DNA of 64,000 bases, from positions 93,992,001 through 94,056,000 of the forward strand of contig NC_086099.1 in NCBI RefSeq assembly GCF_963921235.1, written 5' to 3'. The notes below the pieces were generated by a model, which made no database searches, had not been told where the DNA came from, and saw nothing but the letters and a program-made list of their open reading frames with translations. This document shows positions 1-12,933 of this stretch, piece after piece (the first letter of the stretch is position 1; each line of letters begins with the position of its first letter). Position numbers and translations under genes: made by a program. The DNA comes from Mobula hypostoma (taxonomy: Eukaryota).

Positions 1-3000
1 TGTTTAGGGTGGAGCAAAGAAAGGGAGTGTTTTTTTAGGGTGGAGGGAAAAAGGGGAGTGTGTTTAGGGTGGAGGGAAGAAGGGGAGTGTGTGTATAGGT
101 TGGAGGGAAGAAGGGGAGTATGTGTTTAGCGTGGAGGGGAGAAGGGGAGTGGTGTTTAGCGTGGAGGGAAGAAGGGGAGTGTGTTTAGGGTGGAGTGAAG
201 AAGGGGTGTGTGTGTTTAGGGTGGAGGGAAGAAGGGGAGTGTGTGTTTAGGGTGGAGGGAAGAGGGGGAGTGTGTGTTTAGGGTGGAGTGAAGAAGGGGA
301 GTGTGTGTTTAGGGTGGAAGGCAGAAGGGGAGAGTGCGTAGGGTGGGGGAAGAAGGGTAGTGTGTGTTTAGCATGGAGGGAAGAAGGCGTGTGTGTTTTG
401 GATGGAAGGAAGAAGACGAGTGTGTTTTAGGGTGGAGGGAAGAAGGGGAGTGTGGCTTTAGGATGCAGGGAAGAAGGGGAGTGTGTGTTTAGCATGGAGA
501 GCGGAAGGGGAGTGTGTGTTTCGGGTGGAGGGAAGAAGGGGTGTGTGTTTCGGTGGAGGGAAGCAGGGGAGTGTGTGTTTAGAGTGGAGGCAAGAAGGGG
601 AGTGTGTGTTTATTGTGGACGGAAGTAGGGGAGTGTGTTTAGGGTGGAGGGAAGAAGGGGAGTGTGTGTTTAGCATGGAGGGAAGAAGGGGAGTGTGTGT
701 TTAGTGTGGAGGGAAGAAGGGGTGTGTGTTTCGGTGGAGGGAAGCAGGGGAGTGTGTGTTTTGGGTGGAGCGAAGAAAGCGAGTGTTTGTTTAGGGTGGA
801 GGGAAGAAGGAGAGTGTGTTTAAGTTTAGGTGGAGGGAAGAAGGGGAGTGTGTGTTTAGTGGAGTGTGGTGTTTAGGGTGGAGGGAAGAAGGGGAGTGTG
901 TGTTTAGGGTGGAGGTAAGAAGGGGTGTGAGTGTTTAGCGTGGAGGGAAGTAGGGGAGTGTGTTTCGGGTGGAGGGAAGAAGGGGAGTGTGTGTTTAGTG
1001 TTGAGAGGAGAAGTGGAGTGTGTGTATTGGTTGGAGGGAAGAAGGGGAGTGTGTTTTGGGTGGAAAGAAGAAGGGGTGTGTGTTTAGGGTGGAGGGAAGA
1101 AGGGGAGTGTGTGTTTAGCGTGGAGGGAAGAAGGGGAGTGTATGTTTCGGGTGGAGGGAAGAAGGAGAGTGTGTGTTTAGGGTGGAGGGATAAATGGGAG
1201 TGTGTGTTTTGTGTGGAGTGAAGAAGGGGAGTGTGTATTTACGCTGGAGGAAAGAAGGGGAGTGTGTGTTTCGGGTGGAGGAAAGAAGCGGAGTGTGTGT
1301 TTAGGATGGAGGGAAGAAGGGGAGTGTGTGCTTAGAATGTAGGGAAGAATGGGAGTTTGTGTTTAGGGTAGAGGGAAGAAGGGGAGTGTGTTTTTCAGTT
1401 TGAGGGAAAAAGGGGAGTGGGTGTTTAGGGTTGAGGGAAGAAGGGGAGTGTGTGTTTAGGTGGAGAGATGAAACGGAGTGTGTGTTTAGTGTGGAGGAAA
1501 GAAGGGGACTGTGTGTATAGGTTTGAGGGAAGAAGGGGAGTGTGTTTAGGGTGGAAGGAAGAAGGGGAGTGTGTTTAGGGTGGAGGGAAGAAGGGGAGTG
1601 TTTGGTTAGCGTCGAGGGAAGAAGGGGAGTGTGTGTTTAGGGTGGAGGGAAGAAGTGGAGTGTTTTTAGGGTGGAGTGAAGAAGGGGAGTGTGTTTAGGG
1701 TGGAGTGAAGAAGGGGAGTGTGTGTTTAGAGTGGAGGGAAGAAGGTGTGTGTGTTTCGGGTGGAGGGAAGAAGGGGAGTGTGTGTTTAGTGTGGAGAGAA
1801 GAAGGGGAGTGTGTGTATTGGTTGGAGGGAAGAAGGGGAGTGTGTTTTGGGTGGAAAGAAGAAGGGGTGTGTGTTTAGGGTGGCGGGAAGAAGGGGAGTG
1901 TGTGTTTAGCTTGGAGGGAAGAAGCGGAGTGTGTGTTTAGGGTGGAGGGAAGAAGGAGAGTGTGTGTTTAGGGTGGAGGTAAGAAGGGGTGTGAGTGTTT
2001 AGCGTGGAGGGAAGTAGGGGAGTGTGTTTCGGGTGGAGGGAAGAAGGGGAGTGTGTGTTTAGTGTGGAGAGGAGAAGTGGAGTGTGTGTATTGGTTGGAG
2101 GGAAGAAGGGGAGTGTGTTTTGGGTGGAAAGAAGAAGGGGAGTGTGTGTTTAGCGTGGAGGGAAGAATGGGAGTGTGTGTTTCGGGTGGAGGGAAGAAGG
2201 GGTGTGTGTTTAGGGTGGAGGGAAGAAGGGGAGTGTGTGTTTAGCGTGGAGGGAAGAATGGGAGTGTGTGTTTCGGGTGGAGGGAAGAAGGAGAGTGTGT
2301 GTTTAGGGTGGAGGGATAAATGGGAGTGTGTGTTTAGGGTGGAGGGAAGAAGGGGAGTGTGTGTTTAGCGTGGAGGGATGAAAGGGAGTGTGTGTTTCGG
2401 GTGGAGGGAAGAAGGAGAGTGTGTGTTTAGGGTGGAGGGATAAATGGGAGTGTGTGTTTTGTGTGGAGTGAAGAAGGGGAGTGTGTATTTACGCTGGAGG
2501 AAAGAAGGGGAGTGTGTGTTTCGGGTGGAGGGAAGAAGCGGTGTGTGTGTTTAGGATGGAGGGAAGAAGGGGAGTGTGTGCTTAGAATGTAGCGAAGAAT
2601 GGGAGTTTGTGTTTAGGGTAGAGGGAAGAAGGGGAGTGTGTTTTTCAGTTTGAGGGAAAAAGGGGAGTGGGTGTTTAGGGTTGAGGGAAGAAGGGGAGTG
2701 TGTGTTTAGGTGGAGAGATGAAAGGGAGTGTGTGTTTAGTGTGGAGGAAAGAAGGGGACTGTGTGTATAGGTTTGAGGGAAGAAGGGGAGTGTGTTTAGG
2801 GTGGAAGGAAGAAGGGGAGTGTGTTTAGGGTGGAGGGAAGAAGGGGAGTGTTTGGTTAGCGTCGAGGGAAGAAGGGGAGTGGTGTTTAGCGTGGAGGGAA
2901 GAAGGGGAGTGTGGTTAGGGTGGAGTGACGAAGGGGAGTGTGTGCTTACCGTGGAGGGAAGAAGCGCAGGGTGTGTTTACGGGGGAGGGAAGAAAGCGAG

Positions 3001-6000
3001 TGTGTGTTTAGGGTGGAGCGAAGAAAGGGTGTGTGTGTTTAGGGTGGAGCAAAGAAAGGGAGTGTTTTTTTAGGGTGGAGGGAAAAAGGGGAGTGTGTTT
3101 AGGGTGGAGGGAAGAAGGGGAGTGTGTTTAGGGTGGAGGGAGAAAGGGGAGTGTGTGTTTAGGGTGGAGGGAAGAAGGGGAGTGTGTGTTTATGGTGGAA
3201 GGAGAAGGGGAGAGTGCTTAGGGTGGGGGAAGAAGGGTAGTCTGTGTTTAGCATGGAGGGAAAAAGGGGACTGTGTGTTTTGGATGGAGGGAAGAAGGCG
3301 AGTGTGTTTTAGGGTGGAGGGAAGAAGGGGAGTGTGGCTTTAGGATGCAGGAAAGAAGGGGAATGTGTGTTTAGCATGGAGGGAAGAAGGGGAGTGTGGG
3401 TTTAGGGTGGAGGTAAGAAGGGGAGTGTGTGTTTAGGGTGGAGACAAGAAGGGGAGTGTGTGTTTAGGATGGAGGGAAGTGGGGGAGTGAGTTTAGGTGG
3501 AGGGAAGAAGGGGAGTGGGTTTAGGGTGGAGGGAAGAAGCGGAGTGTGTTTAGGGTGGATGGGAAGAAGGAGAGTGTGTGTTTAGGTGGAGGAAAGAAGG
3601 GGAGTGTGTTTAGTGTGGAGGGAAGAAGGGGAGTGTGTGTTTAGGGTGGAGGGAAGAAGTGGAGTGTTTTTAGGGTGGAGGGAAGAAGGGGAGTGTGTGT
3701 TTAGGGTGGAGGAATAAAGGGGTCTGTGTGTTTTGTGTGGAGTGAAGAAGGGGAGTGTGTATTTACGCTGGAGAAAAGAAGGGGAGTGTGTGTTTAGGGT
3801 GGAGGGAAGAAGGGGAGTGTGTGTATAGGTTGGAGGGAAGAAGGGGAGTATGTGTTTAGCGTGGAGGGGAGAAGGCGAGTGGTGTTTAGCGTGGAGGGAA
3901 GAAGGGGAGTGTGTTTAGAGTGTAGTGAAGAAGGGGTGTGTGTGTTTAGGGTGGAGGGAAGAAGGGGAGTGTGTGTTTAGGGTGGAGGGAAGAGGGGGAG
4001 TGTGTGTTTAGGGTGGAGGGAAGAAGTGGAGTGTTTTTAGGGTGGAGGGAAGAAGGGGAGTGTGTCTTTAGGTGGAGGGAAGCAGGGGAGTGTGTGTTTA
4101 GTGTGGAGGGAAGAAGGGGAGTGTGTGTTTATGGTGGAGGGAAGAAGGGGAGTGTGTGTTTAGGGTGGAGGGAAGAAGGGGAGTGTGTGTTTAGGGTAGA
4201 GGGAAGATGGAGAGTGTGTGTTTATGGTGGAGGGTAGAAGGGGAGTGTGTGTTTAGGGTGGAGGGAAGAAGGGGAGTGTGGCTTTAGGATGCAGGAAAGA
4301 AGGGGAATGTGTGTTTAGCATGGAGGGAAGAAGGGGAGTGTGGGTTTAGGGTGGAGGTAAGAAGGGGAGTGTGTGTTTAGGGTGGAGGGAAGAAGGGGAG
4401 TGTGTGTTAGGGTGGAGGGAAGAAGGGGAGTGTGTGTTTAGGTGGAGGGAAGAAGGGGAGTGGGTTTAGGGTGGAGGGAAGAAGGGGAGTGTGTGTTTAG
4501 GGTGGAGGGAAGAAGTGGAGTGTTTTTAGGGTGGAGGGAAGAAGGGGAGTGTGTCTTTAGGTGGAGGGAAGCAGGGGAGTGTGTGTTTAGTGTGGAGGGA
4601 AGAAGGGGAGTGTGTGTTTATGGTGGAGGGAAGAAGGGGAGTGTGTGTTTAGGGTGGAGGGAAGAAGGGGAGTGTGTGTTTAGGGTGGAGGGAAGAAGGA
4701 GAGTGTGTTTATGGTGGAGGGTAGAAGGGGAGTGTGTGTTTAGGGTGGAGGGAAGAAGGGGAGTGTGTGTTTAGGGTGGAGGGAAGAAGGGGAGTGTGTT
4801 TAGGGTAGAGGGAAAAAGGGCTGTGTGTGCTTAGGGTGGGGGGAAGAAGGGGAGTGTGTGTTTAGGGTGGAGGGAAGAGGGGGAGTGTGTGTTTAGGGTG
4901 GAAGGCAGAAGGGGAGAGTGCTTAGGGTGGGGGAAGAAGGGGAGTGTGTGTTTAGCATGGAGGGAAGAAGGCGTGTGTGTTCTGGATGGAAGGAAGAAGA
5001 CGAGTGTGTTTTAGGGTGGAGGGAAGAAGGGGAGTGTGTGTTTAGCATGGAGGGAAGAAGGGGAGTGTGTGTTTAGAGTGGAGGGAAGAAGGGGTGTGTG
5101 TTTCGGGTGGAGGGAAGCAGGGGAGTGTGTGTTTAGGGTGGAGGGAAGAAGGGGAGTGTGTGTTTAGGGTGGAGGGATGAAGGGGTGTGTGTGTTTAGGG
5201 TGGAGGGAAGAGGGGGAGTGTGGGTTTAAGGTAGAGGTAAGAAGCGGAGTGTGTGTTTTTAGAATTGAGGGAAGAAGTGAAGTGTGTGTTTAGGGTGGAG
5301 GGAAGAAGGCAAGTGTGTGTTTAGGGTAGAGGGAAAAAGGGGAGTGTGTGTTTAGCTGGAGGAAAGAAGGGGAGTGTGTGTTTAGTGTGGATGGAAGAAG
5401 GGGAGTGTATTTAGGGTGTAGGTAAGAAGAGGAGTGTGTGTTTAGGGTGGAGGGAAGAAGGGGAGTATGTTTAATATGGAGTGAAGAAGAGGAGTGTGTG
5501 TTTAGGGTGGAGTGAAGAAAGGGAGTGTGTGTTTACGGTGGAGGGAAGGAGGGGAGTGTGTTTAGGCTGGAGGGAAAAAGGGGATTGTGTGTTTAGGGTG
5601 GAGGGAAGAAGGGGAGTGTGTGTTTAGGGAGGAGGGAAGAAGGGGAGTGTGTGTTTTGGTGGAGGGAATAAGGGGAGTGTGTTTAGAGTGGAGGGAAGAA
5701 GAGGAGTGTGTCTTTTGGTGGAGGGAAGAAGGGGAGTGTGTTTAGGATGGAGTGAAGAAGGGGAGTGTGTGTTTAGGGTGGAGAGAAGAAGGCGAGTGTG
5801 TTTAGGGTGGCAGGAAGAAGGAGAGTGTGTGTTTAGGGTGGAGGAATAAAGGGGTGTGTGTGTTTTGTGTGGAGTGAAGAAGGGGAGTGTGTATTTACGC
5901 TGGAGAAAAGAAGGGGAGTGTGTGTTTAGGGTGGAGGGAAGAAGGGGAGTGTGTGTATAGGTTGGAGGGAAGAAGGGGAGTATGTGTTTAGCGTGGAGGG

Positions 6001-9000
6001 GAGAAGGCGAGTGGTGTTTAGCGTGGAGGGAAGAAGGGGAGTGTGTTTAGAGTGTAGTGAAGAAAGGGTGTGTGTGTTTAGGGTGGAGGGAAGAAGGGGA
6101 GTGTGTGTTTAGGGTGGAGGGAAGAGGGGGAGTGTGTGTTTAGGGTGGAGGGAAGAAGGGGAGTGTTTTTAGGGTGGAGGGAAGAAGGGGAGTGTGTCTT
6201 TAGGTGGAGGGAAGAAGGGGAGTGTGTGTTTAGTGTGGAGGGAAGAAGGGGAGTGTGTGTTTATGGTGGAGGGAAGAAGGGGAGTGTGTGTTTAGGGTGG
6301 AGGGAAGAAGGGGAGTGTGTGTTTAGGGTGGAGGGAAGAAGGGGAGTGTGTGTTTATGGTGGAGGGAAGAAGGGGAGTGTGTGTTTAGGGTGGAGGGAAG
6401 AAGGGGAGTGTGGCTTTAGGATGGAGGGAAGAAGGGGAGTGTGTGTTTAGCATGGAGGGAAGAAGGGGAGTGTGTGTTTAGGGTGGAGGGAAGAAGGGGA
6501 GTGTGTGTATAGGTTGGAGGGAAGAAGGGGAGTGTGTGTTTAGGATGGAGGGAAGAAGGGGAGTGTGTGTTTAGGTGGAGGGAAGAAGGGGAGTGTGTTT
6601 AGGGTGGAGGGAAGAAGGGGAGTGTGTGTTTAGGGTGGAGGGAAGAAGGGGAGTGTGTGTTTAGGGTGGAGGGAAGAAGGGGAGTGTGTGTTTAGGGTGG
6701 AGGGAAGAAGGGGAGTGTGTGTTTAGGGTGGAGGGAAGAAGGGGAGTGTGTGTTTAGTGTGGAGGGAAGAAGGGGAGTGTGTGTTTAGGGTGGAGGGAAG
6801 AAGGGGAGTGTGTGTTTAGGGTGGAGGGAAGAAGGGGAGTGTGTGTTTAGGGTGGAGGGAAGAAGGGGAGTGTGTTTAGGGTGGAGGGAAGAAGGGGAGT
6901 GTGTGTTTAGGGTGGAGGGAAGAAGGGGAGTGTGTGTTTAGGGTGGAGGGAAGAAGGGGAGTGTGTTTAGGGTGGAGGGAAAAAGGGCTGTGTGTGCTTA
7001 GAGTGGAAGGATGAAGGGATGTGTGTGTGTACAGGTGGAGGAAAGAAGGGGAGTGTGTTTAGGTGGAGGGAAGAAGGGGAGTGTGTGTTTAGGGTGGAGG
7101 GATGAAGCGGAGTGTGTGTTTAAGGTGGAGTGAAGAAGAGGAGTGTGTTTTAGGGTGGAGGGAAGAAGGGGAGTGTGTGTTTAGGGTGGAGGGAAGAAGG
7201 GGAGTGTGTGTTTTGGTGGAGGGAAGAAGGGGAGTGTGTTTAGGGTGGAGGGAAGAAGGGGAGTGTGTGTTTAGGGTGGAGGGAAGAAGGGGAGTGTGTG
7301 TTTCGGTGGAGGGAAGAAGGGGAGTGAGTGTTTAGGGTGGAGGGAAGAAGGGGAGTGTGGGTTTAGGGTAGAGGTAAGAAGCGGAGTGTGTGTTTTTAGA
7401 ATTGAGGGAAGAAGTGAAGTGTGTGTTTAGGGTGGAGGGAAGAAGGCAAGTGTGTGTTTAGGGTAGAGGGAAAAAGGGGAGTGTGTGTTTAGCTGGAGGA
7501 AAGAAGGGGAGTGTGTGTTTAGTGTGGATGGAAGAAGGGGAGTGTGTTTAGGGTGTAGGTAAGAAGGGGAGTGTGTGTTTAGGGTGGAGGGAAGAAGGGG
7601 AGTATGTTTAATATGGAGTGAAGAAGAGGAGTGTGTGTTTAGGGTGGAGTGAAGAAAGGGAGTGTGTGTTTACGGTGGAGGGAAGGAGGGGAGTGTGTTT
7701 AGGCTGGAGGGAAAAAGGGGATTGTGTGTTTAGGGTGGAGGGAAGAAGGGGAGTGTGTGTTTAGGGAGGAGGGAAGAAGGGGAGTGTGTGTTTTGGTGGA
7801 GGGAATAAGGGGAGTGTGTTTAGAGTGGAGGGAAGAAGAGGAGTGTGTCTTTTGGTGGAGGGAAGAAGGGGAGTGTGTTTAGGATGGAGTGAAGAAGGGG
7901 AGTGTGTGTTTAGGGTGGAGAGAAGAAGGCGAGTGTGTTTAGAGTGGCAGGAAGAAGGAGAGTGTGTGTTTAGGGTGTAGGAATAAAGGGGTCTGTGTGT
8001 TTTGTGTGGAGTGAAGAAGGGGAGTGTGTATTTACGCTGGAGAAAAGAAGGGGAGTGTGTGTTTAGGGTGGAGGGAAGAAGGGGAGTGTGTGTATAGGTT
8101 GGAGGGAAGAAGGGGAGTATGTGTTTAGCGTGGAGGGGAGAAGGCGAGTGGTGTTTAGCGTGGAGGGAAGAAGGGGAGTGTGTTTAGAGTGTAGTGAAGA
8201 AGGGGTGTGTGTGTTTAGGGTGGAGGGAAGAAGGGGAGTGTGTGTTTAGGGTGGAGGGAAGAGGGGGAGTGTGTGTTTAGGGTGGAGTGAAGAAGGGGAG
8301 TGTGTGTTTAGGGTGGAAGGCAGAAGGGGAGAGTGCGTAGGGTGGGGGAAGAAGGGTAGTGTGTGTTTAGCATGGAAGGAAGAAGGCGTGTGTGTTTTGG
8401 ATGGAAGGAAGAAGACGAGTGTGTTTTAGGGTGGAGGGAAGAAGGGGAGTGTGGCTTTAGGATGCAGGGAAGAAGGGGAGTGTGTGTTTAGCATGGAGAG
8501 CGGAAGGGGAGTGTGTGTTTCGGGTGGAGGGAAGAAGGGGTGTGTGTTTCGGTGGAGGGAAGCAGGGGAGTGTGTGTTTAGAGTGGAGGCAAGAAGGGGA
8601 GTGTGTGTTTATTGTGGACGGAAGTAGGGGAGTGTGTTTAGGGTGGAGGGAAGAAGGGGAGTGTGTGTTTAGCATGGAGGGAAGAAGGGGAGTGTGTGTT
8701 TAGAGTGGAGGGAAGAAGGTGTGTGTGTTTCGGTGGAGGGAAGCAGGGGAGTGTGTGTTTAAGGTGGAGGGAAGAAGGGGAATGTGGGTTAAGGGTGGAG
8801 GTAAGAAGGGGAGTGTGTGTTTAGAGTGGAGGGAAGAAGGGGAGTGAGTGTTTCGGGTGGAGGGAAGAAGGGGAGTGTGTGTTTAGTGTGGAGAGAAGAA
8901 GGGGAGTGTGTGTATTGGTTGGAGGGAAGAAGGGGAGTGTGTTTTGGGTGGAAAGAAGAAGGGGTGTGTGTTTAGGGTGGCGGGAAGAAGGGGAGTGTGT

Positions 9001-11091
9001 GTTTAGCTTGGAGGGAAGAAGCGGAGTGTGTGTTTAGGGTGGAGGGAAGAAGGAGAGTGTGTGTTTAGGGTGGAGGTAAGAAGGGGTGTGAGTGTTTAGC
9101 GTGGAGGGAAGTAGGGGAGTGTGTTTCGGGTGGAGGGAAGAAGGGGAGTGTGTGTTTAGTGTGGAGAGGAGAAGTGGAGTGTGTGTATTGGTTGGAGGGA
9201 AGAAGGGGAGTGTGTTTTGGGTGGAAAGAAGAAGGGGTGTGTGTTTAGGGTGGAGGGAAGAAGGGGAGTGTGTGTTTAGCGTGGAGGGAAGAAGGGGAGT
9301 GTGTGTTTCGGGTGGAGGGAAGAAGGAGAGTGTGTGTTTAGGGTGGAGGGATAAATGGGAGTGTGTGTTTTGTGTGGAGTGAAGAAGGGGAGTGTGTATT
9401 TACGCTGGAGGAAAGAAGGGGAGTGTGTGTTTCGGGTGGAGGGAAGAAGCGGAGTGTGTGTTTAGGATGGAGGGAAGAAGGGGAGTGTGTGCTTAGAATG
9501 TAGGGAAGAATGGGAGTTTGTGTTTAGGGTAGAGGGAAGAAGGGGAGTGTTTGTTTAGGGTGGAGGGAAGAAGGGGAGTGTGTGTTTAGCGTGGAGGGAA
9601 GAACGGGAGTGTGTGTTTCGGGTGGAGGGAGGAAGGAGAGTGTGTGTTTAGGATGGAGGGATAAAGGGGTGTGTGTGTTTTGTGTGGAGTGAAGAAGGGG
9701 AGTGTGTATTTACGCTGGAGGAAAGAAGGGGAGTGTGTGTTTCGGGTGGAGGGAAGAAGCTGAGTGTGTGTTTAGGATGGAGGGAAGAAGGGGAGTGTGT
9801 GCTTAGAATGTAGGGAAGAATGGGAGTTTGTGTTTAGGGTGGAGGGAAGAAGGGGAGTGTGTTTTTCAGGTCGAGGGAAAAAGGGGAGTGGGTGTTTAGG
9901 GTTGAGGGAAGAAGGGGAGTGTGTGTTTAGGTGGAGGGATGAAAGGGAGGGTGTGTTTAGTGTGGAGGAAAGAAGGGGACTGTGTGTATAGGTTTGAGGG
10001 AAGAAGGGGAGTGTGTTTAGGGTGGAAGGAAGAAGGGGAGTGTGTTTAGGGTGGAGGGAAGAAGGGGAGTGTTTGGTTAGCGTCGAGGGAAGAAGGGGAG
10101 TGGTGTTTAGCGTGGAGGGAAGAAGGGGAGTGTGGTTAGGGTGGAGTGACGAAGGGGAGTGTGTGCTTACCGAGGAGGGAAGAAGCGCAGGGTGTGTTTA
10201 GGGGGGAGGGAAGAAAGCGAGTGTGTGTTTAGGGTGGAGCGAAGAAAGGGAGTGTGTGTTTAGGGTGGAGCGAAGAAAGGGAGTGTTTTTTTAGGGTGGA
10301 GGGAAAAAGGGGAGTGTGTTTAGGGTGGAGGGAAGAAGGGGAGTGTGTGTTTATGGTGGAGAAAAGAAGGGGAGTGTGTGTTTAGGGTGGAGGGAAGAAG
10401 GGGAGTGTGTGTTTAGCATGGAGGGAAAAAGGGGAGTGTGTGTTTTGGATGGAGGGAAGAAGGCGAGTGTGTTTTAGCGTGGAGGGAAGAAGGGGAGTGT
10501 GGCTTTAGGATGCAGGGAAGAAGGGGAATGTGTGTTTAGCATGGAGGGAAGAAGGGGAGTGTGGGTTTAGGGTGGAGGTAAGAAGGGGAGTGTGTGTTTA
10601 GGGTGGAGGGAAGAAGGGGAGTGTGCGGTTAGGGTGGAGACAAGAAGGGGAGTGTGTGTTTAGGATGGAGGGAAGAAGGGGAGTGTGGGTTTAGGGTGGA
10701 GGGAAGAAGGGGAGTGTGTGTTTAGGGTGGAGGGAAGAAGCGGAGTGTGTTTAGGGTGGATGGGAAGAAGGGGAGTGTGTGTTTAGGATGGAGGGATAAA
10801 GGGGTGTGTGTGTTTTGTGTGGAGTGAAGAAGGGGAGTGTGTATTTACGCTGGAGGAAAGAAGGGGAGTGTGTGTTTCGGGTGGAGGGAAGAAGCGGAGT
10901 GTGTTTAGGGTGGATGGGAAGAAGGGGAGTGTGTGTTTAGGTGGTGGAAAGAAGGGGTGTGTGTTTAGTGTGGAGTGAAGAAGGGGAGTGTGTTTAGGTG
11001 GACGGAAGAAGGGGAGTGTGTGTTTAGGGTGGAGGGAAGAAGTGGAGTGTTTTTAGGGTGGAGGGAAGAAGGGGAGTGTGTTTACGTGGAG
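1..11091 (+). repeat. G-rich tandem satellite, 29-31 bp unit (consensus GGAGGGAAGAAGGGGAGTGTGTGTTTAGGGT) with higher-order repeats
   Basis: Continuous array of the unit running from the window edge. Diagnostic variant units recur at ~1.25 kb, ~2.13 kb and ~7.2-8.2 kb spacing (e.g. identical ORF-track peptides at 458 and 8457). Confidence 0.97.
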
Positions 11092-11899
11092 ACCAAGAAC
11101 AACTGAATAAAGGAAAAGGAGAGAGAGGAATATCAGAAACGTAAATACAAAAATAAAAAATGCTGTAATGCTGTGATATAAAGCTTGGACACCCTGTATA
11201 CTGGGAATCTGATATAAAGTTTGTAGCAGTCTGGTGAGTCGTTGGTGCCTTTCTCTCACACCTCCTGCAACCGGGGGTCAAACCTGACATTGGATTCCGT
11301 CTGCATGATGTTTTCACATCCTCCTTGTGATTGTGTAAGCTCCCTCCCTGATCCCAAAGGTGTGCTGACTAGTTCGTTCATTAGCCCGTGCAAATTACTC
11401 TTAATGTAGGTACCTGATAGGAGAAATTAGTCTGGGGTTCTTAGAAATAAACAGGAAACTGGACATCCTTCTCTGACATTATTAATATGAATCCTGGAAA
11501 TTGCCCCAGGTTAGTCACCATTTTCAGAGAGAGAATCCGAGTTACATTATACCCAGATGACATTTTATCAGAACTGGCCAGATCAGATATAAACTGCGAT
11601 GTCTGGTTATCTGAAGTGATTGATCCCCGGGGACTGCACTCTCCCTACTGGGTGATGAGAGATTGTTGCTTGATCTTATGATGGCCTTTGTTGAAACAGT
11701 GTAAATCATCAAGGTCTCGAGTTCTCCTAATGCCTTTACTTTCATTTCCCTGGCTAGAAAGCTCCAATCCAGTTTGAGAGCCATATCTCCCACCTTTAAG
11801 TCTCTGTCCCAGCTGGAATCCTTCTCCCGTCCTCCAGTACGAAACTAACCATCTCAATTTATCCACTCTCGCTACCCACCTCTGAAGTAGCAGTGCTCT

Positions 11900-12330
11900 G
11901 TTCACAAAGGACCAGCCTGAATATTAGCATCAAATGGTGGTCCTGTTTTTATTCAGTGAACTGACCTCTTCCTCGTGGATGTTGATTTACAACCCTATCG
12001 TCTGTGACATCACTACTGAACACCAGACGTTTGCCTCATTTCCGCTGAAGATCCTCCAGCTTCATGGTCCCACAACCCTAAACTTCTCCCCAGGATCCAC
12101 AGACAAGTCTGCTCTTGTAGAATGATCATTTCAGCCTGGAAAATTACTTCTTCCCACCTCATCACTATTCTCTATGGGTGTGTCTGATGCCTTCCATCTA
12201 CTTCGGCAGTCTGCAGGCCTTCTGGTTCCATCCGGCTCATTTTCACCACGGATGCCCAAACTCCCCACACCATACCCTCCTCTACTTGTACAATCATTGA
12301 AGAACCAGTCCTTCCATTCCAAGCACTTCT
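11900..12330 (+). mobile_element. Highly decayed Penelope-like element, reverse-transcriptase fragment
   Basis: Broken frames give GGPVFIQ*TDLFL, LLPRIHRQVCSCRMIISA and RLIFTTDAQTPHT. These resemble the PLE RT motifs GGAVVVWRTDLY, LLPKIHK..GRPIVS and LIFTMDVQSLYT, in the correct order. Confidence 0.55.
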
Positions 12331-12455
12331 CAGAACCTCCAATAAAATCCTCAAATCCAAGACTACAGAAGAAAATTTGTTCAGATCTCGTCAAGTATTG
12401 CCCTTGCCCATGGGTCTTACTGTTATAATGTGAGGTGTCATTATTTTTGTGTGTT

Positions 12456-12757
12456 GGCGCGTGGCCAAGTGGTTAAGGACTCGGGCTAGTGATCTGAAGG
12501 TCGCTAGTTCGATCCTCAGCTGAGGCAGCGTGTTGTGTCCTTGAGCAAGGCACCTAACCGCACATTGCTCTGCGACGACACTGGTGCCAAGCTGTATCGG
12601 CCCTAGTGCCCTCCCCTTGGACAACATCAGTGGCGTGGAGAGGGGAGACTTGCAGCATGGGCAACTGCCGGTCTTCCATACAACCTTGCCCAGGCCTGTG
12701 CCCTGGAAACCCTCCAAGGCGCAAATCCATGGTCTCATGAGACTAACGGATGCCTAT
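12456..12757 (+). mobile_element. tRNA-derived SINE
   Basis: A-box (TGGCCAAGTGG) and B-box (GTTCGATCC) head, a central TGTGTCCTTGAGCAAGGCAC segment, and a short TAT tail. Confidence 0.8.
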
Positions 12758-12933
12758 TATTTTTGAACCTGTTCATCAACATTTCAGGACTTTACATGCA
12801 TGCAACTTTCTCTGAAACATATCAACTTGTCAATCAACATTGATGGCTTTGGAACTTTACCTGAGAACTGCCTTCAGGGCTTTTTAAAAAAAAATGTACA
12901 GGATTTTTTAAAAAGGTTGTCTTTTCATTTCAG

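Noticed and set aside
458-10201. Many short ORFs (VEGRRGVCLGWREEGEC...) in the ORF track
   Set aside because: These are translations of the satellite unit, with no splice or coding signal.
1-11091. True telomere or CRISPR-like array
   Set aside because: TTAGGG is not tandem, and the G-strand orientation is opposite to a left chromosome end. There are no unique spacers and the context is eukaryotic.
12456-12530. tRNA gene
   Set aside because: The tRNA-like head runs into a SINE body and tail, with no proper acceptor stem or terminator.
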